Origin: Auanema rhodensis
Lineage: Eukaryota; Animalia; Nematoda
Length of the DNA: 64,000 nucleotides
Reading direction: 5' to 3'
Assembly (NCBI GenBank): GCA_964057225.1
Contig: OZ059895.1
Coordinates: forward strand, 11,098,001-11,162,000
A program made the position numbers and the translations under genes. Below are positions 14,201 to 27,215 of the stretch, piece after piece. Numbering within the stretch: position 1 is the stretch's first letter; every line of letters begins with the position of its first letter. Under the pieces are notes generated by a model that was not told the origin of the DNA, did not search any database, and saw nothing but the letters and a program-made list of their open reading frames with translations.

Positions 14201-17200
14201 TTCGATAGGAAATAGATAGAAACAGTAAAGTTGAGATAAAGGTTCATTAATTACTGGTTTATAACTGTAATATAGAAATAAGATTAAAGATAATTTGCTG
14301 CCTTGGGTTGAGCTATCTAAGTAAAACTACTTAAAAAGTGAAAACATTTGTTACGGAAGAGATAAAATTGAAAATCAGCTGCATTGCGTACTTTCAACGT
14401 GGTATACTTGTAAGCGAAAATATCTGATATTCAATGATTTACATACTCATCCTTGTTATAGTATTTTTCCAATTTCATGTTAGTTATGTAATTTTCCACG
14501 TTCCATCTGGTTCCCTCGATGATATCAAATCTTATGTGCTCCAAATACAATAAATTAAAAAAGGTTTCACAGTTGTATAGTGTTTTAACAATGTTTGTTT
14601 CGATAGGAAATAGATAGAAACAGTAAAGTTGAGATAAAGGTTCATTAATTACTGGTTTATAACTGTAATATAGAAATAAGATTAAAGATAATTTGCTGCC
14701 TTGGGTTGAGCTATCTAAGTAAAACTACTTAAAAAGTGAAAACATTTGTTACGGAAGAGATAAAATTGAAAATCAGCTGCATGGCGTACTTTCAACGTGG
14801 TATACTTGTAAGCGAAAATATCTGATATTCAATGATTTACATACTCATCCTCGTTATAGTATTTTTCCAATTTCATGTTAGTTATGTAACTTTCCACGTG
14901 CCATCTGGTTCCCTCGATGATATCAAATTTTATGTGATCCAAATACAATAAATCAAAAAAGGGTTTCACAGTTGTATAGTGTTTAAACAATGTTTGTTTC
15001 GATAGGAAATAGATAAAAACAGTAAAGTTAAGATGAAGGTTCATTAACTACTGGTCTATGACTGTAATATAGAAATAAGATTGAAGATAATTTGCTGCCT
15101 CCGGTTGAGCTATCTAAGTAAATCTACTTGAAAAGTGAAAACATTTGTTATGGAAGAGATAAAGTTGAAAATCAGCTGCATTGCGTACTTTCAACGTGGT
15201 ATACTTGTGAGCGAAAATATCTGGTATTCAATGATTTACATACTTATCCTCGTTATAGTTTTTTTTCCAATTTCCTTTTAGTTATGTAATTTTCGACGTT
15301 CCATCTGGATCCTTCGATGATAGCAAAGCTTATGTGCGCCAAATACAATAAATCAAAAAAGGGTTTCACAGTAGTATAGTGTTTAAACAATGTTTGTTTC
15401 GATAGGAAATAGATAGAAACAGTAAAGTTAAGATGAAGGTTTATTAACTACTGATTTATGACTGTAATATAGAAATAAGATTGAAGATAATTTGCTGCCT
15501 CCGGTTGAGCTATCTAAGTAAATCTACTTGAAAAGTGAAAACATTTGTTACGGAAGAGATAAAATTGAAAATCAGCTGCATGGCGTACTTTCAACGTGGT
15601 ATACTTGTAAGCGAAAATATCTGATATTCAATGATTTACATACTCATCCTCGTTATAGTATTTTTCCAATTTCATGTTAGTTATGTAACTTTCCACGTGC
15701 CATCTGGTTCCCTCGATGATATCAAATTTTATGTGATCCAAATACAATAAATCAAAAAAGGGTTTCACAGTTGTATAGTGTTTAAACAATGTTTGTTTCG
15801 ATAGGAAATAGATAAAAACAGTAAAGTTAAGATGAAGGTTCATTAACTACTGGTCTATGACTGTAATATAGAAATAAGATTGAAGATAATTTGCTGCCTC
15901 CGGTTGAGCTATCTAAGTAAATCTACTTGAAAAGTGAAAACATTTGTTACGGAAGAGATAAAATTGAAAATCAGCTGCATGGCGTACTTTTAACGTGGTA
16001 TAGTTGTAAGCGAAAATATCTGGTATTCAATGATTTACATACTTATCCTCGTTATAGTTTTTTCCAATTTCATGTTAGTTATGTAATTTTCCACGTTCCA
16101 TCTGGATCCCTCGATGATATCAAATTTTATGTGCTCCAAATGCAAAAAATTAAAAAAGGTTTTACAGTTGTTCAGTGTTTAAACAATGTTTGTTTCGATA
16201 GGGAATAGATACAAACAGTAAAGTTAAAATGAAGGTTCATTAACTACTGGTCTATGACTGTAATATAGAAATAAGATTGAAGATAATTTGCTGCCTTGGG
16301 TTGAGCTATCTAAGTAAATCTACTTGAAAAGTGAAAACATTTGTTACGGAAGAGATAAAATTGAAAATCAGCTGCATGGCGTACGTTTAACGTGGTATAG
16401 TTGTAAGCGAAAATATCTGGTATTCAATGATTTACATACTTATCCTCGTTATAGTTTTTTTTCCAATTTCCTTTTAGTTATGTAATTTTCGACGTTCCAT
16501 CTGGATCCCTCGATGATAGCAAAGCTTATGTGCTCCAAATACAATAAATTAAAAAAGGTTTCACAGTTGTATAGTGTTTAAACAATGTTTGTTTCGATAG
16601 GGAATAGATACAAACAGTAAAGTTAAAATGAAGGTTCATTAACTACTGGTTTATAACTGTAATATAGAAATAAGATTGAAGATAATTTTCTGCCGGGGGT
16701 CGCGCTATCTAAGTAAAACTACTTGACGATCGGAAACATTTGTTACAGAAGAGATAAAATTGGAAATCAGCTGCATGGCGTACTTTGAACGTGGTATAGT
16801 TGTAAGCAAAAATATCTGATATTCAATGATTTACATACTTATCATCGTAATAGTTTTTTTTCAATTTCATGTAAGTTATGTAATTTTCCACGTTCTATCT
16901 GGTGCCCTCGATGATATCAAATCTTATGTGCTCCAAATACAATAAATTAAAAAAGGTTTCACAGTTGTATAGTGTTTTAACAATGTTTGTTTCGATAGGA
17001 AATAGATAGAAACAGTAAAGTTGAGATAAAGGTTCATTAATTACTGGTTTATAACTGTAATGAAAAAATAAGATTAAAGATAATTTGCTGCCTTGGGTCG
17101 AGCTATCTGAGTAAAACTACTTAAAAAGTGAAAACATTTGTTACGGAAGAGATAAAATTGAAAATCAGCTGCATGGCGTACTTTGAACGTGGTATAGTTG

Positions 17201-17600
17201 TAAGCGAAAATATCTGATATTCAATGATTTACATACTTATCCTCGTTATAGTATTTTTCCAATTTTATGTTAGTTATGTAATTTTCCACGTTGCATCTGG
17301 TTCCCTCGATGATATCAAACCTTATGTGCCTCAAATACAATAAATTAAAAAAGGTTTCACAGTTGTATAGTGTTTAAACAATGTTTGTTTTGATAGGAAA
17401 CAGATAGAAACAGTAAAGTTAAGGTGAAGGTTCATTAACTACTGGTTTATGACTGTAATATAGGAATAAGATTGAAGATAATTTGCTGCCTCCGGTTGAG
17501 CTATCTAAGTAAATCTACTTGAAAAGTGAAAACATTTGTTACGGAAGAGATAAAATTGAAAATCAGCTGCATGTCGTACTTTCAACGTGGTATAGTTGAA
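7500..17600 (+). repeat. 12/13-monomer HOR duplication (offsets 4781 then 5179 bp)
   Basis: ORF variant offsets are 4781 (7566/12347, 7921/12702) and 5179 (9650/14829, 10449/15628, 10748/15927). Shared rare markers: CTACTTAATAAGTG, GCGCAAATATC, GTGCCTCAAAT. Boundaries are approximate. Confidence 0.88.
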
Positions 17601-20600
17601 AGCGAAAATATCTGATTTTCAATGATTTACATACTTATCCTCGTTATAGTATTTTTCCAATTTCATGTTAGTTATGTAACTTTCCACGTTTCATCTGGTT
17701 CCCTCGATGATAGCAATTCTTATAAGCGCCAAATACAATGAATTAAAAAAGGTTTCACAGTTGTATAGTGTTTAAACAATGTTTGTTTCGATAGGGAATA
17801 GATACAAACAGTTAAGTTAAAATGAAGGTTCATTAACAACTGGTTTATAACTGTAATATAGAAATAAGATTAAAAATAATTTGCTGCCTCCGGTTGAGCT
17901 ATCTAAGTAAATCTACTTGAAAAGTGAAAACATTTGTTACGAAAGAGATAAAATTGAAAATCAGCTGCATGGCGTACTTTCAACGTGGTATACTTGTGAG
18001 CGAAAATATGTGATATTCAATGATTTACATACTTATCCTCGTTATAGTTTTTTTCCAATTTCATGTTAGTTATGTAATTTTCCACGTTCCATCTGGATCC
18101 CTCGATGATATCAAATTTTATGTGCTCCAAATGCAAAAAATTAAAAAAGGTTTTACAGTTGTTCAGTGTTCAAACAATGTTTGTTTTGATAAGAAATAGA
18201 TAGAAACAGTAAAGTTAAGAGAAAGGTTCATTAACTGCTGGTTTATAACTGTAATATAAAAAAAAGATTGAAGATAATTTGCTGCCTTGGGTTGAGCTAT
18301 TTAAGGAAAACTACTTGAAAATTGAAAACATTTGTTACGGAAGAGATAAAATTGAAAATCAGCTGCATGGCGTACTTTGAACGTGGTATAGTTGTAAGCG
18401 AAAATATCTGGTATTCAATGATTTACATACTTATCCTCGTTATAGTTTTTTTTCCAATTTCCTGTTAGTTATGTAATTTTCCACGTTCTATTTGGTGCCC
18501 TCGATGATATCAAATCTTATGTGCTCCAAATACAATAAATTAAAAAAGGTTTCACAGTTGTATAGTGTTTTAACAATGTTTGTTTCGATAGGAAATAGAT
18601 AGAAACAGTAAAGTTGAGATAAAGGTTCATTAATTACTGGTTTATAACTGTAATATAGAAATAAGATTAAAGATAATTTGCTGCCTTGGGTTGAGCTATC
18701 TAAGTAAAACTACTTAAAAAGTGAAAACATTTGTTACGGAAGAGATAAAATTGAAAATCAGCTGCATTGCGTACTTTCAACGTGGTATACTTGTAAGCGA
18801 AAATATCTGATATTCAATGATTTACATACTCATCCTTGTTATAGTATTTTTCCAATTTCATGTTAGTTATGTAATTTTCCACGTTCCATCTGGTTCCCTC
18901 GATGATATCAAATCTTATGTGCTCCAAATACAATAAATTGAAAAAGGTTTCACAGTTGTATAGTGTTTTAACAATGTTTGTTTCAATAGGAAATAGATAG
19001 AAACAGTAAAGTTGAGATAAAGGTTCATTAATTACTGGTTTATAACTGTAATATAGAAATAAGATTAAAGATAATTTGCTGCCTTGGGTTGAGCTATCTA
19101 AGTAAAACTACTTAAAAAGTGAAAACATTTGTTACGGAAGAGATAAAATTGAAAATCAGCTGCATGGCGTACTTTCAACGTGGTATACTTGTAAGCGAAA
19201 ATATCTGATATTCAATGATTTACATACTCATCCTCGTTATAGTATTTTTCCAATTTCATGTTAGTTATGTAACTTTCCACGTGCCATCTGGTTCCCTCGA
19301 TGATATCAAATTTTATGTGATCCAAATACAATAAATCAAAAAAGGGTTTCACAGTTGTATAGTGTTTAAACAATGTTTGTTTCGATAGGAAATAGATAAA
19401 AACAGTAAAGTTAAGATGAAGGTTCATTAACTACTGGTCTATGACTGTAATATAGAAATAAGATTGAAGATAATTTGCTGCCTCCGGTTGAGCTATCTAA
19501 GTAAATCTACTTGAAAAGTGAAAACATTTGTTATGGAAGAGATAAAATTGAAAATCAGCTGCATTGCGTACTTTCAACGTGGTATACTTGTGAGCGAAAA
19601 TATCTGGTATTCAATGATTTACATACTTATCCTCGTTATAGTTTTTTTTCCAATTTCCTTTTAGTTATGTAATTTTCGACGTTCCATCTGGATCCTTCGA
19701 TGATAGCAAAGCTTATGTGCGCCAAATACAATAAATCAAAAAAGGGTTTCACAGTAGTATAGTGTTTAAACAATGTTTGTTTCGATAGGAAATAGATAGA
19801 AACAGTAAAGTTAAGATGAAGGTTTATTAACTACTGATTTATGACTGTAATATAGAAAAAAGATTGAAGATAATTTGCTGCCTCCGGTTGAGCTATCTAA
19901 GTAAATCTACTTAAAAAGTGAAAACATTTGTTACGGAAGAGATAAAATTGAAAATCAGCTGCATGGCGTACTTTCAACGTGGTATACTTGTAAGCGAAAA
20001 TATCTGATATTCAATGATTTACATACTCATCCTCGTTATAGTATTTTTCCAATTTCATGTTAGTTATGTAACTTTCCACGTGCCATCTGGTTCCCTCGAT
20101 GATATCAAATTTTATGTGATCCAAATACAATAAATCAAAAAAGGGTTTCACAGTTGTATAGTGTTTAAACAATGTTTGTTTCGATAGGAAATAGATAAAA
20201 ACAGTAAAGTTAAGATGAAGGTTCATTAACTACTGGTCTATGACTGTAATATAGAAATAAGATTGAAGATAATTTGCTGCCTCCGGTTGAGCTATCTAAG
20301 TAAATCTACTTGAAAAGTGAAAACATTTGTTACGGAAGAGATAAAATTGAAAATCAGCTGCATGGCGTACTTTTAACGTGGTATAGTTGTAAGCGAAAAT
20401 ATCTGGTATTCAATGATTTACATACTTATCCTCGTTATAGTTTTTTCCAATTTCATGTTAGTTATGTAATTTTCCACGTTCCATCTGGATCCCTCGATGA
20501 TATCAAATTTTATGTGCTCCAAATGCAAAAAATTAAAAAAGGTTTTACAGTTGTTCAGTGTTTAAACAATGTTTGTTTCGATAGGGAATAGATACAAACA

Positions 20601-21630
20601 GTAAAGTTAAAATGAAGGTTCATTAACTACTGGTCTATGACTGTAATATAGAAATAAGATTGAAGATAATTTGCTGCCTCCGGTTGAGCTATCTAAGTAA
20701 ATCTACTTGAAAAGTGAAAACATTTGTTACGGAAGAGATAAAATTGAAAATCAGCTGCATGGCGTACGTTTAACGTGGTATAGTTGTAAGCGAAAATATC
20801 TGGTATTCAATGATTTACATACTTATCCTCGTTATAGTTTTTTTTCCAATTTCCTTTTAGTTATGTAATTTTCGACGTTCCATCTGGATCCCTCGATGAT
20901 AGCAAAGCTTATGTGCTCCAAATACAATAAATTAAAAAAGGTTTCACAGTTGTATAGTGTTTAAACAATGTTTGTTTCGATAGGGAATAGATACAAACAG
21001 TAAAGTTAAAATGAAGGTTCATTAACTACTGGTTTATAACTGTAATATAGAAATAAGATTGAAGATAATTTTCTGCCGGGGGTCGCGCTATCTAAGTAAA
21101 ACTACTTGACGATCGGAAACATTTGTTACAGAAGAGATAAAATTGGAAATCAGCTGCATGGCGTACTTTGAACGTGGTATAGTTGTAAGCAAAAATATCT
21201 GATATTCAATGATTTACATACTTATCATCGTAATAGTTTTTTTTCAATTTCATGTAAGTTATGTAATTTTCCACGTTCTATCTGGTGCCCTCGATGATAT
21301 CAAATCTTATGTGCTCCAAATACAATAAATTAAAAAAGGTTTCACAGTTGTATAGTGTTTTAACAATGTTTGTTTCGATAGGAAATAGATAGAAACAGTA
21401 AAGTTGAGATAAAGGTTCATTAATTACTGGTTTATAACTGTAATGAAAAAATAAGATTAAAGATAATTTGCTGCCTTGGGTCGAGCTATCTAAGTAAAAC
21501 TACTTAAAAAGTGAAAACATTTGTTACGGAAGAGATAAAATTGAAAATCAGCTGCATGGCGTACTTTGAACGTGGTATAGTTGTAAGCGAAAATATCTGA
21601 TATTCAATGATTTACATACTTATCCTCGTT
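14100..21630 (+). repeat. 11-monomer-offset duplication (4383 bp)
   Basis: 14829/19212, 15628/20011 and 15927/20310 all differ by 4383. Shared markers: GGATCCTTCG, GGGGTCGCGC, TTGGAAATCAG. The matching block covers ~8 monomers. Confidence 0.85.
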
Positions 21631-21894
21631 ATAGTTTTTTTCCAATTTTATGTTAGTTATGTAATTTTCCACGTTCCATCTGGATCCCTCGATGATATCA
21701 AATCTTATGTGCCTCAAATGCAAAAAATTAAAAAAGGTTTTACAGTTGTTCAGTGTTCAAACAATGTTTGTTTTGATAAGAAATAGATAGAAACAGTAAA
21801 GTTAAGAGAAAGGTTCATTAACTGCTGGTTTATAACTGTAATATAAAAAAAAGATTGAAGATAATTTGCTGCCTTGGGTTGAGCTATTTAAGGA

Positions 21895-21925
21895 AAACTA
21901 CTTGAAAATCTGGTATTCAATGATT
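21895..21925 (+). other. 85-bp deletion junction (truncated monomer), junction at 21909/21910
   Basis: The sequence reads CTTGAAAAT|CTGGTATTC. The intact homologue has 85 extra bases between these (18323-18407). Confidence 0.95.
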
Positions 21926-23109
21926 TACATACTTATCCTCGTTATAGTTTTTTTTCCAATTTCCTGTTAGTTATGTAATTTTCCACGTTCTATCTGGTGC
22001 CCTCGATGATATCAAATCTTATGTGCTCCAAATACAATAAATTAAAAAAGGTTTCACAGTTGTATAGTGTTTTAACAATGTTTGTTTCGATAGGAAATAG
22101 ATAGAAACAGTAAAGTTGAGATAAAGGTTCATTAATTACTGGTTTATAACTGTAATGAAGAAATAAGATTGAAGATAATTTGCTGCCTTGGGTTGAGCTA
22201 TCTAAGTAAAACTACTTAAAAAGTGAAAACATTTGTTACGGAAGAGATAAAATTGAAAATCAGCTGCATGGCGAACTTTGAACGTGGTATAGTTGTAAGC
22301 GAAAATATCTGGTATTCAATGATTTACATACTTATCCTCGTTATAGTATTTTTCCAATTTTATGTTAGTTATGTAATTTTCCACGTTGCATCTGGTTTCC
22401 TCGATGATATCAAATCTTATGTGCTCCAAATACAATAAATTGAAAAAGGTTTCACAGTTGTATAGTGTTTAAACAATGTTTGTTTTGATAGGAAATAGAT
22501 AGAAACAGTAAAGTTAAAATGGAGGTTCATTAACTACTGGTTTATAACTGTAATATAGGAAGAAGATTGAAGATAATTTTCTGTCTTGGGTTGAGCTACC
22601 TAAGTAAATCTACTTGAAAAGTGAAAACATTTGTTACGGAAGAGATAAAATTGAAAATCAGCTGCATGTCGTACTTTCAACGTGGTATAGTTGAAAGCGA
22701 AAATATCTGATTTTCAATGATTTAAATACTTATCCTCGTTATAGTATTTTTCCAATTTCATGTTAGTTATGTAACTTTCCACGTTTCATCTGGTTCCCTC
22801 GATGATATCAAAGCTTATGTGCTCCAAATACAATAAATCAAAAAAGGGTTTCACAGTTGTATAGTGTTTAAACAATGTTTGTTTCGATAGGAAATAGATA
22901 GAAACAGTAAAGTTGAGAGAAAGGTTCATTAACTACTGGTTTATGACTGTAATATAAAAAAAAGATTGAAGATAATTTGCTGCCTTGGTTTGAGCTATCT
23001 AAGTGAAACGACTTGAAAAGTGAAAACATTTATTACGGAAGAGATAAAATTGAAAATCAGCTGCATGGCGTACTTTGAACGTGGTATAGTTGTAAGCGAA
23101 AATATCTGG

Positions 23110-26100
23110 TATTCAATGATTTACATACTTATCCTCGTTATAGTATTTTTCCAATTTTATGTTAGTTATGTAATTTTCCACGTTGCATCTGGTTCCCTCG
23201 ATGATATCAAATCTTATGTGCTCCAAATACAATAAATTAAAAAAGGTTTCACAGTTGTATAGTGTTTTAACAATGTTTGTTTCGATAGGAAATAGATAGA
23301 AACAGTAAAGTTGAGATAAAGGTTCATTAATTACTGGTTTATAACTGTAATGAAAAAATAAGATTAAAGATAATTTGCTGCCTTGGGTCGAGCTATCTAA
23401 GTAAAACTACTTAAAAAGTGAAAACATTTGTTACGGAAGAGATAAAATTGAAAATCAGCTGCATGGCGTACTTTGAACGTGGTATAGTTGTAAGCGAAAA
23501 TATCTGATATTCAATGATTTACATACTTATCCTCGTTATAGTATTTTTCCAATTTTATGTTAGTTATGTAATTTTCCACGTTGCATCTGGTTCCCTCGAT
23601 GATATCAAATCTTATGTGCTCCAAATACAATAAATTGAAAAAGGTTTCACAGTTGTATAGTGTTTAAACAATGTTGGTTTTGATAGGAAACAGATAGAAA
23701 CAGTAAAGTTAAGATGAAGGTTCATTAACTACTGGTTTATGACTGTAATATAGGAATAAGATTGAAGATAATTTGCTGCCTCCGGTTGAGCTATCTAAGT
23801 AAATCTACTTGAAAAGTGAAAACATTTGTTACGGAAGAGATAAAATTGAAAATCAGCTGCATGTCGTACTTTCAACGTGGTATAGTTGAAAGCGAAAATA
23901 TCTGATTTTCAATGATTTACATACTTATCCTCGTTATAGTATTTTTCCAATTTCATGTTAGTTATGTAACTTTCCACGTTTCATCTGGTTCCCTCGATGA
24001 TAGCAATTCTTATAAGCTCCAAATACAATGAATTAAAAAAAGTTTCACAGTTGTATAGTGTTTAAACAATGTTTGTTTCGATAGGGAATAGATACAAACA
24101 GTTAAGTTAAAATGAAGGTTCATTAACAACTGGTTTATAACTGTAATATAGGAATAAGATTGAAGATAATTTTCTGCCGGGGGTTGCGCTATCTAAGTAA
24201 AACTACTTAAAAAGTGAAAACATTTGTTACGGAAGAGATAAAACTGAAAATCAGCTGCATGGCGTACTTTGAACGTGGTATAGTTGTAAGCGAAAATATC
24301 TGATATTCAATGATTTACATACTTATCCTCGTTATAGTATTTTTCCAATTTTATGTTAGTTATGTAATTTTCCACGTTGCATCTGGTTCCCTCGATGATA
24401 TCAAATCTTATGTGCTCCAAATACAATAAATTGAAAAAGGTTTCACAGTTGTATAGTGTTTAAACAATGTTTGTTTTGATAGGAAATAGATAGAAACAGT
24501 AAAGTTAAAATGGAGGTTCATTAACTACTGGTTTATAACTGTAATATAGGAATAAGATTGAAGATAATTTTCTGCCTTGGGTTGAGCTACCTAAGTAAAT
24601 CTACTTGAAAAGTGAAAACATTTGTTACGGAAGAGATAAAATTGAAAATCAGCTGCATGTCGTACTTTCAACGTGGTATAGTTGAAAGCGAAAATATCTG
24701 ATTTTCAATGATTTACATACTTATCCTCGTTATAGTATTTTTCCAATTTCATGTTAGTTATGTAACTTTCCACGTTTCATCTGGTTCCCTCGATGATAGC
24801 AATTCTTATAAGCTCCAAATACAATGAATTAAAAAAAGTTTCACAGTTGTATAGTGTTTAAACAATGTTTGTTTCGATAGGGAATAGATACAAACAGTTA
24901 AGTTAAAATGAAGGTTCATTAACAACTGGTTTATAACTGTAATATAGGAATAAGATTGAAGATAATTTTCTGCCGGGGGTTGCGCTATCTAAGTAAAACT
25001 ACTTAAAAAGTGAAAACATTTGTTACGGAAGAGATAAAACTGAAAATCAGCTGCATGGCGTACTTTGAACGTGGTATAGTTGTAAGCGAAAATATCTGAT
25101 ATTCAATGATTTACATACTTATCCTCGTTATAGTATTTTTCCAATTTTATGTTAGTTATGTAATTTTCCACGTTGCATCTGGTTCCCTCGATGATATCAA
25201 ATCTTATGTGCTCCAAATACAATAAATTAAAAAAGGTTTCACAGTTGTATAGTGTTTTAACAATGTTTGTTTCGATAGGAAATAGATAGAAACAGTAAAG
25301 TTGAGATAAAGGTTCATTAATTACTGGTTTATAACTGTAATGAAAAAATAAGATTAAAGATAATTTGCTGCCTTGGGTCGAGCTATCTAAGTAAAACTAC
25401 TTAAAAAGTGAAAACATTTGTTACGGAAGAGATAAAATTGAAAATCAGCTGCATGGCGTACTTTGAACGTGGTATAGTTGTAAGCGAAAATATCTGATAT
25501 TCAATGATTTACATACTTATCCTCGTTATAGTATTTTTCCAATTTTATGTTAGTTATGTAATTTTCCACGTTGCATCTGGTTCCCTCGATGATATCAAAT
25601 CTTATGTGCTCCAAATACAATAAATTGAAAAAGGTTTCACAGTTGTATAGTGTTTAAACAATGTTGGTTTTGATAGGAAACAGATAGAAACAGTAAAGTT
25701 AAGATGAAGGTTCATTAACTACTGGTTTATGACTGTAATATAGGAATAAGATTGAAGATAATTTGCTGCCTCCGGTTGAGCTATCTAAGTAAATCTACTT
25801 GAAAAGTGAAAACATTTGTTACGGAAGAGATAAAATTGAAAATCAGCTGCATGTCGTACTTTCAACGTGGTATAGTTGAAAGCGAAAATATCTGATTTTC
25901 AATGATTTACATACTTATCCTCGTTATAGTATTTTTCCAATTTCATGTTAGTTATGTAACTTTCCACGTTTCATCTGGTTCCCTCGATGATAGCAATTCT
26001 TATAAGCTCCAAATACAATGAATTAAAAAAAGTTTCACAGTTGTATAGTGTTTAAACAATGTTTGTTTCGATAGGGAATAGATACAAACAGTTAAGTTAA

Positions 26101-27215
26101 AATGAAGGTTCATTAACAACTGGTTTATAACTGTAATATAGGAATAAGATTGAAGATAATTTTCTGCCGGGGGTTGCGCTATCTAAGTAAAACTACTTAA
26201 AAAGTGAAAACATTTGTTACGGAAGAGATAAAACTGAAAATCAGCTGCATGGCGTACTTTGAACGTGGTATAGTTGTAAGCGAAAATATCTGATATTCAA
26301 TGATTTACATACTTATCCTCGTTATAGTATTTTTCCAATTTTATGTTAGTTATGTAATTTTCCACGTTGCATCTGGTTCCCTCGATGATATCAAATCTTA
26401 TGTGCTCCAAATACAATAAATTGAAAAAGGTTTCACAGTTGTATAGTGTTTAAACAATGTTTGTTTTGATAGGAAATAGATAGAAACAGTAAAGTTAAAA
26501 TGGAGGTTCATTAACTACTGGTTTATAACTGTAATATAGGAATAAGATTGAAGATAATTTTCTGCCTTGGGTTGAGCTACCTAAGTAAATCTACTTGAAA
26601 AGTGAAAACATTTGTTACGGAAGAGATAAAATTGAAAATCAGCTGCATGTCGTACTTTCAACGTGGTATAGTTGAAAGCGAAAATATCTGATTTTCAATG
26701 ATTTACATACTTATCCTCGTTATAGTATTTTTCCAATTTCATGTTAGTTATGTAACTTTCCACGTTTCATCTGGTTCCCTCGATGATAGCAATTCTTATA
26801 AGCTCCAAATACAATGAATTAAAAAAAGTTTCACAGTTGTATAGTGTTTAAACAATGTTTGTTTCGATAGGGAATAGATACAAACAGTTAAGTTAAAATG
26901 AAGGTTCATTAACAACTGGTTTATAACTGTAATATAGGAATAAGATTGAAGATAATTTTCTGCCGGGGGTTGCGCTATCTAAGTAAAACTACTTAAAAAG
27001 TGAAAACATTTGTTACGGAAGAGATAAAACTGAAAATCAGCTGCATGGCGTACTTTGAACGTGGTATAGTTGTAAGCGAAAATATCTGATATTCAATGAT
27101 TTACATACTTATCCTCGTTATAGTATTTTTCCAATTTTATGTTAGTTATGTAATTTTCCACGTTGCATCTGGTTCCCTCGATGATATCAAATCTTATGTG
27201 CTCCAAATACAATAA
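23110..27215 (+). repeat. 5-monomer HOR duplication (period 1990 bp) containing a nested 2-monomer (796 bp) repeat
   Basis: 23221/25211 and 23641/25631 match in register. TAGCAATTCTTATAAG occurs at 24001, 24797, 25991 and 26787 (offsets 796 and 1990). Confidence 0.85.
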
